Source: Candidatus Aenigmatarchaeota archaeon (GTDB lineage Archaea > Aenigmatarchaeota > Aenigmatarchaeia > QMZP01 > JAFGSV01). Taken from it: DNA of 56,983 nt. Of this stretch, positions 1 through 9,102 are shown piece by piece. The position numbers and the translations under genes are program-made. Numbering within the stretch: the first letter of the stretch is position 1; each line of letters starts with the position of its first letter. The notes beneath the pieces are model-generated. The model did not search any database. It saw only the letters and a program-made list of their open reading frames with translations, and was not told the origin of the DNA. Where the stretch lies: positions 1 through 56,983 of the forward strand of contig JAGGXP010000018.1 in NCBI GenBank assembly GCA_021163005.1, in the 5' to 3' direction.

Positions 1-149
1 GAATATGAGTTCGGACAGCGCAAACAGTTATCCGAAGCTCAGTAAGCCTTTTCTGGCCGAGGCATGAAAAAGCCTTAAGGGAAAATATGAGTTCGGACAG
101 CGCAAACAGTTATCCGAAGCTCAGTAAGCCTTTTCTGGCCGAGGCATGC
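1..149 (+). repeat. Tandem repeat with an 82-nt period, about 1.8 copies, cut by the window edge. Same family as 38847-39112 but in opposite orientation.
   Basis: atgagttcggacagcgcaaacag... starts at nt 5 and again at nt 87. The reverse complement recurs 3.2 times at 38847-39112. Confidence 0.9.
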
Positions 150-227
150 AGCGCGGTTAACATATCATTTTCAGGGGGAATCAGGAACACTTTAGAACAG
201 CGGGAACAGGGTTCCCTTGTCTCCGCT

Positions 228-412
228 GCTGCGGAAACTGCCGTAAAAAGGTTACTAAACAACATCCCGCGTAAACACCTTCATGTTTTTCGTTAAGCTT
301 TTGGCGCAAGCGGAAGCTGCCGTAAAAAGGTTACTAAACAACATCCCGCGTAAACACCTTCATGTTTTTCGTTAAGCTTTTGGCGCAAGCGGAAGCTGCC
401 GTAAAAAGGTTA
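228..412 (+). repeat. Tandem repeat with a 79-nt period, 2 full copies plus a partial one.
   Basis: ccgtaaaaaggttactaaacaacatcccgcg... starts at 241, 320 and 399. The array ends with an inverted copy of the ttttcgttaa segment. Confidence 0.9.
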
Positions 413-491
413 AGCGTTAACGAAAAGTCCGGCTCCGCCGGTATAAAGCGCTTCCCGGAATCATTTTAGAAAAAGTCCTCGCGGAACTGCT

Positions 492-929
492 TCAGGCATG
501 TTCCCTGCGGTTCAGCATCCCAGCTTCCCTGTACAGCTCTTCAGGGATGCTGTCGCAGAGCGGGAGGCTCGACTTGTTGCCGGAAACTTCCAGCAGTTCG
601 TAGACCTCTGGATTGACCTTTATCCTGAGCTTTCTGCCCTTGGATTCTACATAGTGCTTCATGCTCTCCAGCTCCTTTATAGCTGCGCTGTCAACGAAGT
701 GGGCATCGCTCAGGTCAATGTACACTTCCGCCGCCCCTGTTTCGTCCATGAATCTGATGGCTTCATTTTCAAAGGGCTCTGCAACAAATCTGTCATATCT
801 TTTCATATGTGGTACTAAAAGCGCCTTGTCGATATCGTGGTTGACATAAAAAAAGTCAGCTGTGCCGTTATGTATTATGTAGCTTCCCTCAGGCATCAGG
901 CGCATCCTCCCCTGAAAGTTTCTCGTCAT
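492..929 (-). CDS. STAS-domain protein (anti-sigma-factor-antagonist-like fold)
   Basis: The C-terminal half (VYIDLSDAHFVDSAAIKELESMKHYVESKGRKLRIKVNPEVYELLEVSG) has the typical SpoIIAA/STAS pattern. Confidence 0.55.
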   Translation of the reverse strand: MTRNFQGRMRLMPEGSYIIHNGTADFFYVNHDIDKALLVPHMKRYDRFVAEPFENEAIRFMDETGAAEVYIDLSDAHFVDSAAIKELESMKHYVESKGRKLRIKVNPEVYELLEVSGNKSSLPLCDSIPEELYREAGMLNRREHA

Positions 930-1130
930 CCATGAGACCCTGCCAGAACATGCTGCCGAGCTCGAAATATAGGTTCCACAGTTTTGAAGAGAAATCAGGC
1001 GGTGGCTGGTCGCTGCTGCTTGCCGCTTCCATCTATATAATTATAGCTGCAAACCCTTAAAAAAGGGTATGTTGTCTGTTTCCGGGTTTTCACAGCAGGG
1101 GCAAAATATAAAAGTCGCAGGGACATATCT

Positions 1131-1334
1131 ATGTATATTTCAGTGGTTTGTGGTTTAATGGCATGGAAGATTGATAATGAAAAATGCCTCAGGTGCGGAG
1201 CCTGCGTTTCGGTATGTCCGGAGCTTGCGCTCGAGCTCAAGGAGACGGGCATCGTTCACGATGCGAAGAAGTGCACGCTGTGCGGCATATGCGAGAAGGT
1301 GTGCCCTGTCAGGGCCATTGAGGTGAAGAAATGA
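1131..1334 (+). CDS. 2x[4Fe-4S] ferredoxin
   Basis: Two CxxCxxCxxxCP motifs (CLRCGACVSVCP, CTLCGICEKVCP). The start may be the internal Met at 1158. It overlaps the next gene by 4 nt (ATGA). Confidence 0.85.
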   Translation: MYISVVCGLMAWKIDNEKCLRCGACVSVCPELALELKETGIVHDAKKCTLCGICEKVCPVRAIEVKK

Positions 1335-2518
1335 TAAAGGACAGCTATGATGTTGTTGTTGCAGGGGCCGGGCCTGGCGGTTCAAGCGTCTCAAAGACGC
1401 TCGCTGAGCTTGGATTCTCTGTTCTTATGGTCGAAAAGCGGCAGGAGATAGGGGCGCCCAAGAGGTGCGGCGAAGGGCTGACAATGAATACCGTGGACAT
1501 CATAGGCGAAATACCGCAGGAGTGCATAAGGCAGAAGATTGACGGCGCGACGCTCTACGCACCCAACGGAAACCACGTGCTTGTCGACCTCGGAGCTGAG
1601 GGTGGTTATATCGTTGAGCGCAAGGCGTTCGACAAGTGGCTCGCTGTGAGGGCATCAAGGGCAGGCGCCACAGTAGTGGCGCACGCAGAAGTCACGGATG
1701 TCATAAAGGAGGGAAGCCAGGTGACAGGCGTCAGGATTCTCGTGGGAGGTGGCGAGGAGAAGACAGTCAGAGCAAAAGTGGTTGTCGCCGCTGACGGTGT
1801 CGAGTCCACTGTTTCAAGAAAGGCCGGGCTGAACACCACAAACAAGCTTGTTAATGTTGATTCGGGTTACCAGTACGAGATGTCGAACCTGAAGCTGGAA
1901 ACCAGCAAGAGGATAATATTGTACTTTGGCAATGACATAGCGCCGCGCGGCTATCTGTGGATATTCCCAAAGGGTCCTGACATAGCTAACGTGGGCATAG
2001 GCACTGCCATGTCCGAGAAGCCGGCCAAGTGGTATCTGGACAAGTTCATAAAGGATCATCCGGAGATATTCGGCCAGTCAAGCATAATCGAAGCGAACAG
2101 CGGCGGCATACCCGTTGGCGGGTTCCTTGAGAACATGGTGCTTGACGGATTCTTGGTTGTCGGGGACGCGGCCCATCAGGTAAACCCCATCCACGGCGGC
2201 GGCATGAAAGAGGCCACAATCGCCGGTGAAATGGCGGCAAAAGTCATAGCAAAGGCCATAGAGAAGGGCGATGTCAGCGCCTCGGTGCTTTCGGAATACA
2301 ACGAGATGTGGTGGAAGGAAAGGGGCAGCAAGCTGAAGAAGGTGGAGAAGCTGAGGGAAGTCGTCGAAAAGCTGTCGGACAGCGACTTCAACATGATATC
2401 GGAATCTCTCACGAGTGATGTGGCTATAGGCCTGACGCGCGGCGGCAAGATGTACTCGCTCGCCAAGATACTGATGAAGAACCCCAGGCTTGTCAAGCTC
2501 GCTAGGCACCTTATTTAA
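1331..2518 (+). CDS. Geranylgeranyl reductase family FAD-dependent oxidoreductase (digeranylgeranylglycerophospholipid reductase-like)
   Basis: N-terminal DVVVAGAGPGGSS dinucleotide-binding motif, then RCGEGL and GDAAHQVNPIHGGG motifs typical of archaeal GGR. Confidence 0.85.
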   Translation: MIKDSYDVVVAGAGPGGSSVSKTLAELGFSVLMVEKRQEIGAPKRCGEGLTMNTVDIIGEIPQECIRQKIDGATLYAPNGNHVLVDLGAEGGYIVERKAFDKWLAVRASRAGATVVAHAEVTDVIKEGSQVTGVRILVGGGEEKTVRAKVVVAADGVESTVSRKAGLNTTNKLVNVDSGYQYEMSNLKLETSKRIILYFGNDIAPRGYLWIFPKGPDIANVGIGTAMSEKPAKWYLDKFIKDHPEIFGQSSIIEANSGGIPVGGFLENMVLDGFLVVGDAAHQVNPIHGGGMKEATIAGEMAAKVIAKAIEKGDVSASVLSEYNEMWWKERGSKLKKVEKLREVVEKLSDSDFNMISESLTSDVAIGLTRGGKMYSLAKILMKNPRLVKLARHLI

Positions 2519-4079
2519 TTCTTGCGGCATATATCTGCTTATGATAAATCCATGGCTGCTCGTGGGCGGCACCGGCATGATGCTCGCCGCTCTTGTGCCC
2601 GCACTCTGGTGGCGCTACAAAAAGCTCGTTTCGTGGAGATTCTTCGCGGCAGGCGGCCTTGCATGGCTCGCTGCGATAGCTGTGAAGGCTGCGATGGACC
2701 TGTCTGTCACGCCGGTGCTCGTCAGCTGGCTTTCAGGCACCTACACGCTCATGGGCATAGCCATACTGAGCGGCGTCTATGTCGGAACCAGGACCGGGGT
2801 GCTGGAAACACTGTTCTCTTATGTTGCGGCAGTGAAGTCCGGCTTTGGGAAAATCAGCTTTGACGAGGCCGTTGCCTTCGGCATCGGCTTCGGGTGTGCG
2901 GAGGCGTTCCTTCTGGGCATGTCGTCCTTTCTCACTGTCTCTGTTTTCATGGCATTCCCGCAGATAGTGGGCGCTCTGGCTCCCGCGCAGAAAGCCGCTG
3001 TCATGCAGCAGCTGAGCGCGCCCACGTACATGGCGCTGTTCCCCATAGCTGAGAGGATATTCACCATACTGGTTCATGTATTCTGCGGCATACTTGTGGT
3101 AAACTATCTGAGAACCCGCAGGTTCAGGTATTTCATGCTGCCTGTCGCATGGAAGACGCTGCTTGACGGCATGTTGCCGCTCTTGCTGCTGGTCTTTGAT
3201 GTGTCATCACTGGACGGGCTCTTCTATATCGAATTGTTTGTCGCTGTGATGGGACTTTCGAGCGCTGTAGGCATCTTCTGGATTAAGGAGAGATATAATG
3301 AAAAGCCGGAAAAGGGGAGCGGGTATATGAGGACTGCGGCTTCTGTGTCTGTCTTCGTTCTGGTTGTCCTCGTTGTGGCGCTTGTGCTCGCCCAGCCGAA
3401 CGCGGGAACCATGTTCGAAAGGAGACCCGTGGATTTCGACAGCTTCAGCGGCACGTACAGCATCAACATAAACGGGAGCCGCGCGGGCACGAGCATGTTC
3501 GAATACGTGGGACCTGCGAGATACAGGGGCATGGAGACGTTCCTGATTCACGAAACAACAAACTTCTCCTCTCCTGAATACAGCATGGTCATAGAAGGGG
3601 ACCTTTACACAACTGTTGACGGAAGGCCTGTTTTCTACAACTCGACGCTGACGAGGGGCATTGACACGAGGCGTATATCATGCGAATTCGCCGGCGGCAT
3701 GGTGAACGAGACCATTGTCCAGAACAATGCAACCAAGACCTCCATCGTGCCGTACGACGACAACGGCTTCATAATAGCAAACAACATGATATCGCACTGG
3801 GCCCTGCTGTTCAGGTCTGTAAAATTCGGTGAGAAAAACAACTACATAGCTAGGCTTTACAGCCCGGACATGGAGACAGAGGTCACGCGCTCCTTTTCTG
3901 TCGCCGGTGCAGGGATGCTGAGAGTTCAGGGAGAAGTCTATGATGTCTACGTGTTCAGGGAGAGCACAGGGAATACGTATTATGTAACGCCGGAAGGTAT
4001 GCTGCTGAAAATATCAGGGCCGCTTGTGGAGATTATCATAAGCGACGGCCAGCCCGGGGAAGGCGGTATATTCAGGTAG
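2490..4079 (+). CDS. Multi-pass membrane protein with a C-terminal extracytoplasmic domain. The N-terminal part may be YhfC-like.
   Basis: About 7 hydrophobic helices in the first 290 aa, one more TM, then a soluble domain of about 230 aa. The start is uncertain: 2490 overlaps the GGR end and Met at 2541 is an alternative. Confidence 0.5.
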   Translation: MSSSLGTLFNSCGIYLLMINPWLLVGGTGMMLAALVPALWWRYKKLVSWRFFAAGGLAWLAAIAVKAAMDLSVTPVLVSWLSGTYTLMGIAILSGVYVGTRTGVLETLFSYVAAVKSGFGKISFDEAVAFGIGFGCAEAFLLGMSSFLTVSVFMAFPQIVGALAPAQKAAVMQQLSAPTYMALFPIAERIFTILVHVFCGILVVNYLRTRRFRYFMLPVAWKTLLDGMLPLLLLVFDVSSLDGLFYIELFVAVMGLSSAVGIFWIKERYNEKPEKGSGYMRTAASVSVFVLVVLVVALVLAQPNAGTMFERRPVDFDSFSGTYSININGSRAGTSMFEYVGPARYRGMETFLIHETTNFSSPEYSMVIEGDLYTTVDGRPVFYNSTLTRGIDTRRISCEFAGGMVNETIVQNNATKTSIVPYDDNGFIIANNMISHWALLFRSVKFGEKNNYIARLYSPDMETEVTRSFSVAGAGMLRVQGEVYDVYVFRESTGNTYYVTPEGMLLKISGPLVEIIISDGQPGEGGIFR

Positions 4080-4109
4080 CAATTTAAGGACGCATTGCAT
4101 GTATTTTCT

Positions 4110-4907
4110 ATGCAGTTCATAGAGGCTTTCGTGCTTGCAGTCGTGCAGGGACTCACTGAATGGCTTCCTGTCAGCAGCGAGGGTGTATCCTCGCTTGTCA
4201 TGATAAACTTCTTCGGAAGAAGCCTTAATGAGGCAATTTACCTTTCTGTGTGGCTTCATACAGGCACGCTGCTCGCAGCCACGCTCTATTTCAGGAAGGA
4301 CATGGCATGCATGCTCAGGAACCTGCCGGCGTACATAAGGAATCCGAACGACAAAGAGGACTATTCCGGGCTTACGAGGTTTTTGCTTGTGTCGACATTC
4401 ACGACAGCTGTGATAGCTGCCCCTCTTGTGGTCTTTTTCGTTGACGCACTGAACTTCTCCGGCGGCGCTGCAATGGCGTTCATAGGTGCCCTTTTGATAA
4501 TAACCGGGCTGCTCCAGATGCTGACGAAGGCCGGTTCGGTTGTCTCTGACAGTCCGAGGTTCTCCGACGCCCTGTTTTCAGGCGCCGCACAGGCATTCTC
4601 CGTCTTTCCGGGCCTCAGCAGGTCCGGCCTGACTGTGAGCGCACTCCTGCTGAGAAAGCACGACCCGGAATACGCACTGAAGCTGAGCTTCCTTATGAGC
4701 ATACCCGCAGTATTCGTGGCTGAGGTGGGGCTGGCCGCCACAGGCAGGATTTTCATATTCGACAGCTTTGCCCTGCTTGCTGTGCTGATTTCATTCGCTG
4801 TCGGGTTCCTGACACTGGGTTCCCTGCTTAGGATAGCCCAGAAAATAAACTTCGGATACTTCTGCATATTCCTCGGGGCACTCAGCCTTCTGGCGGTGCT
4901 CATATGA
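4110..4907 (+). CDS. uppP: Undecaprenyl/polyprenyl-diphosphate phosphatase (UppP/BacA family)
   Basis: QGLTEWLPVSSEG near the N-terminus and the PGLSRSG motif, with 7-8 TM segments. ATG at 4110 is preferred over the TTG at 4095 used by the track. Confidence 0.85.
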   Translation: MQFIEAFVLAVVQGLTEWLPVSSEGVSSLVMINFFGRSLNEAIYLSVWLHTGTLLAATLYFRKDMACMLRNLPAYIRNPNDKEDYSGLTRFLLVSTFTTAVIAAPLVVFFVDALNFSGGAAMAFIGALLIITGLLQMLTKAGSVVSDSPRFSDALFSGAAQAFSVFPGLSRSGLTVSALLLRKHDPEYALKLSFLMSIPAVFVAEVGLAATGRIFIFDSFALLAVLISFAVGFLTLGSLLRIAQKINFGYFCIFLGALSLLAVLI

Positions 4908-5493
4908 GCACGAATATTCTGAGGACAGATATTGACAGCCCTGCTATCAGCGGTATCGTGATGTTGTCTTCTATGCGCCTTCCCTTAAGGTAGTCAACGG
5001 ACTCGACGAACATGGCTATGTATGCCGCTATGAACGACTCTGTAAGGGAGACGAAGAACGTTCCGGCAAGAAAGGCCACGAAGAAGCCGGCAGTGCTGGC
5101 GTCAAGCACCTTCTCCCTGTTCAGCGGATGCATTATCCTGTTGAGCCGGGTTGCTATTATCGGCGACAGCGAGTCTCCCACAGCCAGTATGGTTATCGAC
5201 GCAAGGGCTATGTCCTCCGGGAAAAGCGCGGCAGCGAGTGTCATGCCGAAGAACATGAAGACTGCGCCGCGTCCGGGGAAACTCCCGTTTTCCTCGCCGC
5301 GTCCGAAAAAGCGTATGAGTGTGTCTATCACAGGCACTGGCTTCCGCTTCTGCGCAAGGGAAATGACGAACCCCGCTGCTGTTATGCCTGCAAGCACCCA
5401 TGCGTCTATGTAGCCGAAATAGAGGAGGAACACCACAGCTATCCCTGCTCCCAGATGGAACAGGTTCCTCTCAAGCCCGGTTTTCTGCCGCAT
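4900..5493 (-). CDS. Polyprenol/dolichol kinase-like membrane protein (CTP-dependent cytidylyltransferase superfamily)
   Basis: GDSLSPIIATR ... KVLDASTAGFFVAF pattern and 6 TM helices. The track ORF is trimmed to Met at 5493 because its upstream part overlaps the kaiC-like CDS. Confidence 0.5.
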   Translation of the reverse strand: MRQKTGLERNLFHLGAGIAVVFLLYFGYIDAWVLAGITAAGFVISLAQKRKPVPVIDTLIRFFGRGEENGSFPGRGAVFMFFGMTLAAALFPEDIALASITILAVGDSLSPIIATRLNRIMHPLNREKVLDASTAGFFVAFLAGTFFVSLTESFIAAYIAMFVESVDYLKGRRIEDNITIPLIAGLSISVLRIFVLI

Positions 5494-5530
5494 GCTAAAA
5501 ATATAAGCCCGCTTACTAAAAAGAATATTC

Positions 5531-6250
5531 ATGGACAGGATAAGCACAGGTGTGGACGGGCTTGACAGCAAGATGGAAGGCGGATTCTTTAAGGGGAGCA
5601 GCAACCTCATTGTAGGCAAGACGGGCACCGGAAAGACCATATTTGCGTCGTCTTTCATTTACAAAGGCGCCCTCGAAGGCGCACCCGGCGTCTACATAAC
5701 CACAGAGCAGCGCGAGGAAGATGTCAAGCAGGACATACAGGCGATGTTCGGCTGGGATATGTCAGCACTGGAGAAGAACAATCTCGTCAGGTTCGTCTCC
5801 ATAAAGCCGACGCTGCCGACCAAGAGCATAACACAGGATGACATGGCGAGGCTTGTGAAGTCCTATGTGTACACCATAACCGAGACCATAGAGGAGGCAG
5901 TGAAGGAAGTAAAGGCCAAAAGGGTTGTCATAGACTCTGTTTCGTTCATAGAGATGTTCATAAAGGACGAATATCTGGCAAGGGCTGCCCTGCTTCAGCT
6001 GGTCGAAACGCTGAAGGAGGCCGGCGTGACAGCTGTGTTCACCGGCATGGTTCCGGAGGAGGGAGAAGCGCTGTCAGGCGGCGGCATAATAGAATACATC
6101 GTCGATACAGTGATAAAGATGGAATTCGTTCCGGTTGCGGAAAACTTCAAGAGGACGCTGACCATAAGGAAGATGAGAAGAACCGACCACTCCACGCTGA
6201 TACACCCTGTTGACATAACGAAAAACGGCCTGAAGGTGATAGAACTGTGA
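5531..6250 (+). CDS. KaiC/RadA-like single-domain RecA-superfamily ATPase
   Basis: ISTGVDGLDSKMEGGF, then Walker A GKTGTGKT. Walker B is VVIDSVS. Confidence 0.8.
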   Translation: MDRISTGVDGLDSKMEGGFFKGSSNLIVGKTGTGKTIFASSFIYKGALEGAPGVYITTEQREEDVKQDIQAMFGWDMSALEKNNLVRFVSIKPTLPTKSITQDDMARLVKSYVYTITETIEEAVKEVKAKRVVIDSVSFIEMFIKDEYLARAALLQLVETLKEAGVTAVFTGMVPEEGEALSGGGIIEYIVDTVIKMEFVPVAENFKRTLTIRKMRRTDHSTLIHPVDITKNGLKVIEL

Positions 6251-6435
6251 GCCTTTTCAATTTGAGGCAGGAAGAGATAGAGGCCTACTGCGTCAGGTGC
6301 CGCAAAACTGTTCTCATGAAGAACATAGAGGATTATGAGATGAAGAACGGGAAAAAGGCCTGGAAGGGGACGTGCTCGGAATGCGGGGCGGTGCTGTTCA
6401 GGATAAAGCCCGCGCCGAGAGAGGGCATGTGGTAA
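6247..6435 (+). CDS. Small zinc-ribbon protein (DUF5679-like), copy 1
   Basis: AYCVRCRK...KNGKKAWKGTCSECGAVLFRI. The GTG start overlaps the kaiC-like stop, and TTG at 6262 is an alternative start. Confidence 0.6.
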   Translation: MSLFNLRQEEIEAYCVRCRKTVLMKNIEDYEMKNGKKAWKGTCSECGAVLFRIKPAPREGMW

Positions 6436-6520
6436 TTTGCCCTCTGAAAAACCCGAACGCCCTTTCATTTATATACCATGAAGTGAATATTCAACCACAT
6501 ACAAATTCGGAGGTTTTCAA

Positions 6521-6661
6521 ATGGTAGAAGCTTATTGTGTTAAGTGCAAGAAAAAAGTCGAAATCAAGAACCCTGAGGTAGTTACGCTGAAGAACGGAAA
6601 AAAGGCAACAAAAGGCGTTTGCCCGAACTGCGGCACCAAAGTCTTCAGAATTGGTGGCTAA
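6521..6661 (+). CDS. Small zinc-ribbon protein (DUF5679-like), copy 2. At 46 aa it is below the ORF-track cutoff.
   Basis: Hand translation gives MVEAYCVKCKKKVEIKNPEVVTLKNGKKATKGVCPNCGTKVFRIGG*. A GGAGG-like SD sits 7 nt upstream. It is paralogous to 6247-6435. Confidence 0.7.
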   Translation: MVEAYCVKCKKKVEIKNPEVVTLKNGKKATKGVCPNCGTKVFRIGG

Positions 6662-6671
6662 TCCGCTAAAT

Positions 6672-6705
6672 AGGGCACTTATGCCCTTTTATTTTTATTT
6701 TATTA
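6672..6705 (+). terminator. Hairpin plus oligo-T terminator
   Basis: agggca-ctta-tgccct stem-loop followed by ttttatttttattttatt. Confidence 0.6.
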
Positions 6706-6740
6706 CTGCTTTTTCTATTGTATTGTAGAAGGTGTTGAGT

Positions 6741-8468
6741 ATGCACTTGAGACAGCCTATAGTATCGATACTTGGACATGTGGATCACGGGAAGACCACG
6801 CTGCTCGACTACATAAGGGGCAGCGTTGTGGCTAAGGGAGAGGCAGGCCTCATAACGCAGCACATAGGAGCCAGCGAGGTGCCCATTGACTACATAAAGA
6901 AAATCTCGGGCCCATTGCTCGAAAAGATGAAAGTGGATGTGAAAATACCCGGGCTGCTGTTCATAGATACACCTGGCCATGAGGCGTTCACCACGCTGAG
7001 GAAAAGGGGCGGCGCTGTCGCTGACATCGGCGTCCTGATAATAGACATAAACGAGGGCATGCAGCCGCAGACAGAGGAATCCCTGCGATTCCTCAAGGAC
7101 TTCAGGACACCATTCGTGATAGCCCTGACGAAGATAGACAAGCTGACAGGATGGTTCCCCAACAAGGGCGAAAGCTTCCTTTCCACGTGGCAGGAGCAGC
7201 CGGAGAGGGTGAGGGACGAGTTTGAGAGCAAGTTCTACGGCATCGTCGGCCAAATCGCCTCGCACGGCTTTGAGGCAGACAGGTACGACCGCATAGAAGA
7301 CTTCACGAAGAAGATAGCCATAATACCGGTCAGCGGCGTGACAGGAGAGGGTGTGCCGGACCTGCTGATGCTGCTTACAGGACTCTCGCAAAGGTTCCTT
7401 GAGGACAGGCTCCACATAACGCTGGGCGAGGGCAAGGGCACGGTTCTCGAGGTCAAGGACTACAAGGGGCTCGGGACCACAATAGATGTCATACTCTACG
7501 ACGGCGAGATAAGCACAGGGGACTGGCTCGCCGTAGCTGCGGACACTATCATTGTGACGAAGGTGAGGGCGCTCCTGAAGCCGAATCCCATGAAGGAGAT
7601 ACGCGTCGAGAAGGCATTCCGGGCCGTGAGCAGGGTAACGGCAGCTTCGGGCATAAAGATAGCGGCTCCTGACCTTGGCGGGGTGATTTCCGGCTCACCG
7701 CTCAGGGCAGCATCAAGCATGGACATGCTCGAGCGGGCGAAGAGGGAGATAAAGGAAGAGGTCGCTGAGGTCGAGATAGACACAGACAACAGCGGCGTGA
7801 TGCTGAAGGCGGACACGCTGGGCTCGCTGGAAGCGCTCGTGAAGACGCTGAAGGACATGGAAGTCCCCATAAGGAAGGCGGAAATAGGCGACGTCACGAG
7901 GCAGGACGTCATGGAAATGAAAAGCATACCCAAGGCTCTTGTTTTCGCTTTCAATGTAAAGGTTCCTGAGGACATAAAGCTGCTGTCTGAGGACAACGGT
8001 GTCAAGATATTCAGCTCTGATGTCATATACAGGCTCCTTGAGGATTATGAGCAGTGGAAAAAGGATACCACGAAGAGAATGGAGGATGAGATGCTTTCAG
8101 GTGCCAGCCGCCCGGGAAGGATAAAGATAATGCCCGGTTATGTGTTCCGCCAGTCAAAGCCGGCCATAGTCGGCGTTGAGGTCACCAAGGGCATGGTAAA
8201 ATCCAACAGCAGGCTTGTCAGGGACGGAAAGGATATAGGCCATGTAAGGGAGCTCCAGAAGCAGGGAGAAAACGTGAGCTCTGCCGAAAGCGGCGACAAG
8301 GTTGCGGTTTCGATAGAAGGCGCCGTTGTTGGAAGGAACATAGAGGAAGGAGACGAGCTTGACGTGAAGCTCACCGGCCACGACCGCGAGATTCTGAAAA
8401 AGCTCAGGCACAGGCTGAGAGGCGATGAGCTTGAGCTTCTTGACGAGCAGAATAAACGAAACATTTAA
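6741..8468 (+). CDS. infB: Translation initiation factor aIF5B (IF-2 homolog)
   Basis: LRQPIVSILGHVDHGKTTLLD G-domain, DTPGHEAF, and full length typical of aIF5B. ATG at 6741 is preferred over GTG at 6732. Confidence 0.95.
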   Translation: MHLRQPIVSILGHVDHGKTTLLDYIRGSVVAKGEAGLITQHIGASEVPIDYIKKISGPLLEKMKVDVKIPGLLFIDTPGHEAFTTLRKRGGAVADIGVLIIDINEGMQPQTEESLRFLKDFRTPFVIALTKIDKLTGWFPNKGESFLSTWQEQPERVRDEFESKFYGIVGQIASHGFEADRYDRIEDFTKKIAIIPVSGVTGEGVPDLLMLLTGLSQRFLEDRLHITLGEGKGTVLEVKDYKGLGTTIDVILYDGEISTGDWLAVAADTIIVTKVRALLKPNPMKEIRVEKAFRAVSRVTAASGIKIAAPDLGGVISGSPLRAASSMDMLERAKREIKEEVAEVEIDTDNSGVMLKADTLGSLEALVKTLKDMEVPIRKAEIGDVTRQDVMEMKSIPKALVFAFNVKVPEDIKLLSEDNGVKIFSSDVIYRLLEDYEQWKKDTTKRMEDEMLSGASRPGRIKIMPGYVFRQSKPAIVGVEVTKGMVKSNSRLVRDGKDIGHVRELQKQGENVSSAESGDKVAVSIEGAVVGRNIEEGDELDVKLTGHDREILKKLRHRLRGDELELLDEQNKRNI

Positions 8469-8492
8469 GTTTGTTTTCCGATATGTATATGC

Positions 8493-9074
8493 ATGAGCAC
8501 GAAAAAGGCCGGTCCGGGCTTTAAGATAAAGGTTCAGAACATAGTTGCGTTCACTGTTCTCGGAAAGCCCATTTCCCTTGACGAGATGCTGCAGAAGGTT
8601 GATAACACGGAATGGCAGCCCGAGCAGTTTCCGGGGCTGGTGCTTAAGATAAACAACCCGAGGGCATCGGCTCTCATATTCTCCCAGGGAAAGGTCGTAT
8701 GCACGGGCACGAAGTCCCTCGAAGACCTCGAAAAGGCCATGAAGAAGATTGTCTCCGCCATCAGAAAGGCCGGCATATCCATGCCCAACAAGTACAGCAC
8801 AAAGGTCGAGAACATAGTTGCCTCGACCAAACTCGACGGCGAAATCAGCCTCGAGAACATAGCGCTGAAGCTGGAAAACAGCGAATACGAGCCTGAGCAG
8901 TTTCCGGGGCTGGTGTACAGGATAAGCGAGCCGAGGGTGGCATTCCTGCTCTTCAGGTCCGGCAGGGTGATATGCGCAGGCGCCCAGAATGAGGAAGACA
9001 TACACAGGGCCCTTGAAAGGCTGGTGGAAAACCTCGGGAAAGTCGGCATCAGGGTGAAGCCTGCGGACATCTGA
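8493..9074 (+). CDS. tbp: TATA-box binding protein (canonical)
   Basis: Two repeats, each with the E(P)EQFPGLV and LIFxxGKVVCTG / LLFRSGRVICAG motifs. Confidence 0.95.
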   Translation: MSTKKAGPGFKIKVQNIVAFTVLGKPISLDEMLQKVDNTEWQPEQFPGLVLKINNPRASALIFSQGKVVCTGTKSLEDLEKAMKKIVSAIRKAGISMPNKYSTKVENIVASTKLDGEISLENIALKLENSEYEPEQFPGLVYRISEPRVAFLLFRSGRVICAGAQNEEDIHRALERLVENLGKVGIRVKPADI

Positions 9075-9102
9075 TTTTTAACCGAGTGCGCTCATTCTAA
9101 AT

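Noticed and set aside
87-296. Track ORFs 87-296(+), 39005-39244(-), 39141-39476(+) and 39300-39572(-).
   Set aside because: They lie entirely within tandem repeats or within the tRNA-Leu gene and its inserts. Their sequence is repeat-derived, and only the 20-codon micro-ORF per unit is self-contained. They are not called as genes.
1-412. The tandem arrays could be mistaken for a CRISPR array.
   Set aside because: The units are directly contiguous (82- and 79-nt periods) with no unique spacers. No cas genes are present in the window.
4900-5658. The 252-aa version of the polyprenol-kinase-like ORF.
   Set aside because: Its first 55 codons overlap the kaiC-like gene on the opposite strand and look non-protein-like. 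It was trimmed to Met at 5493.
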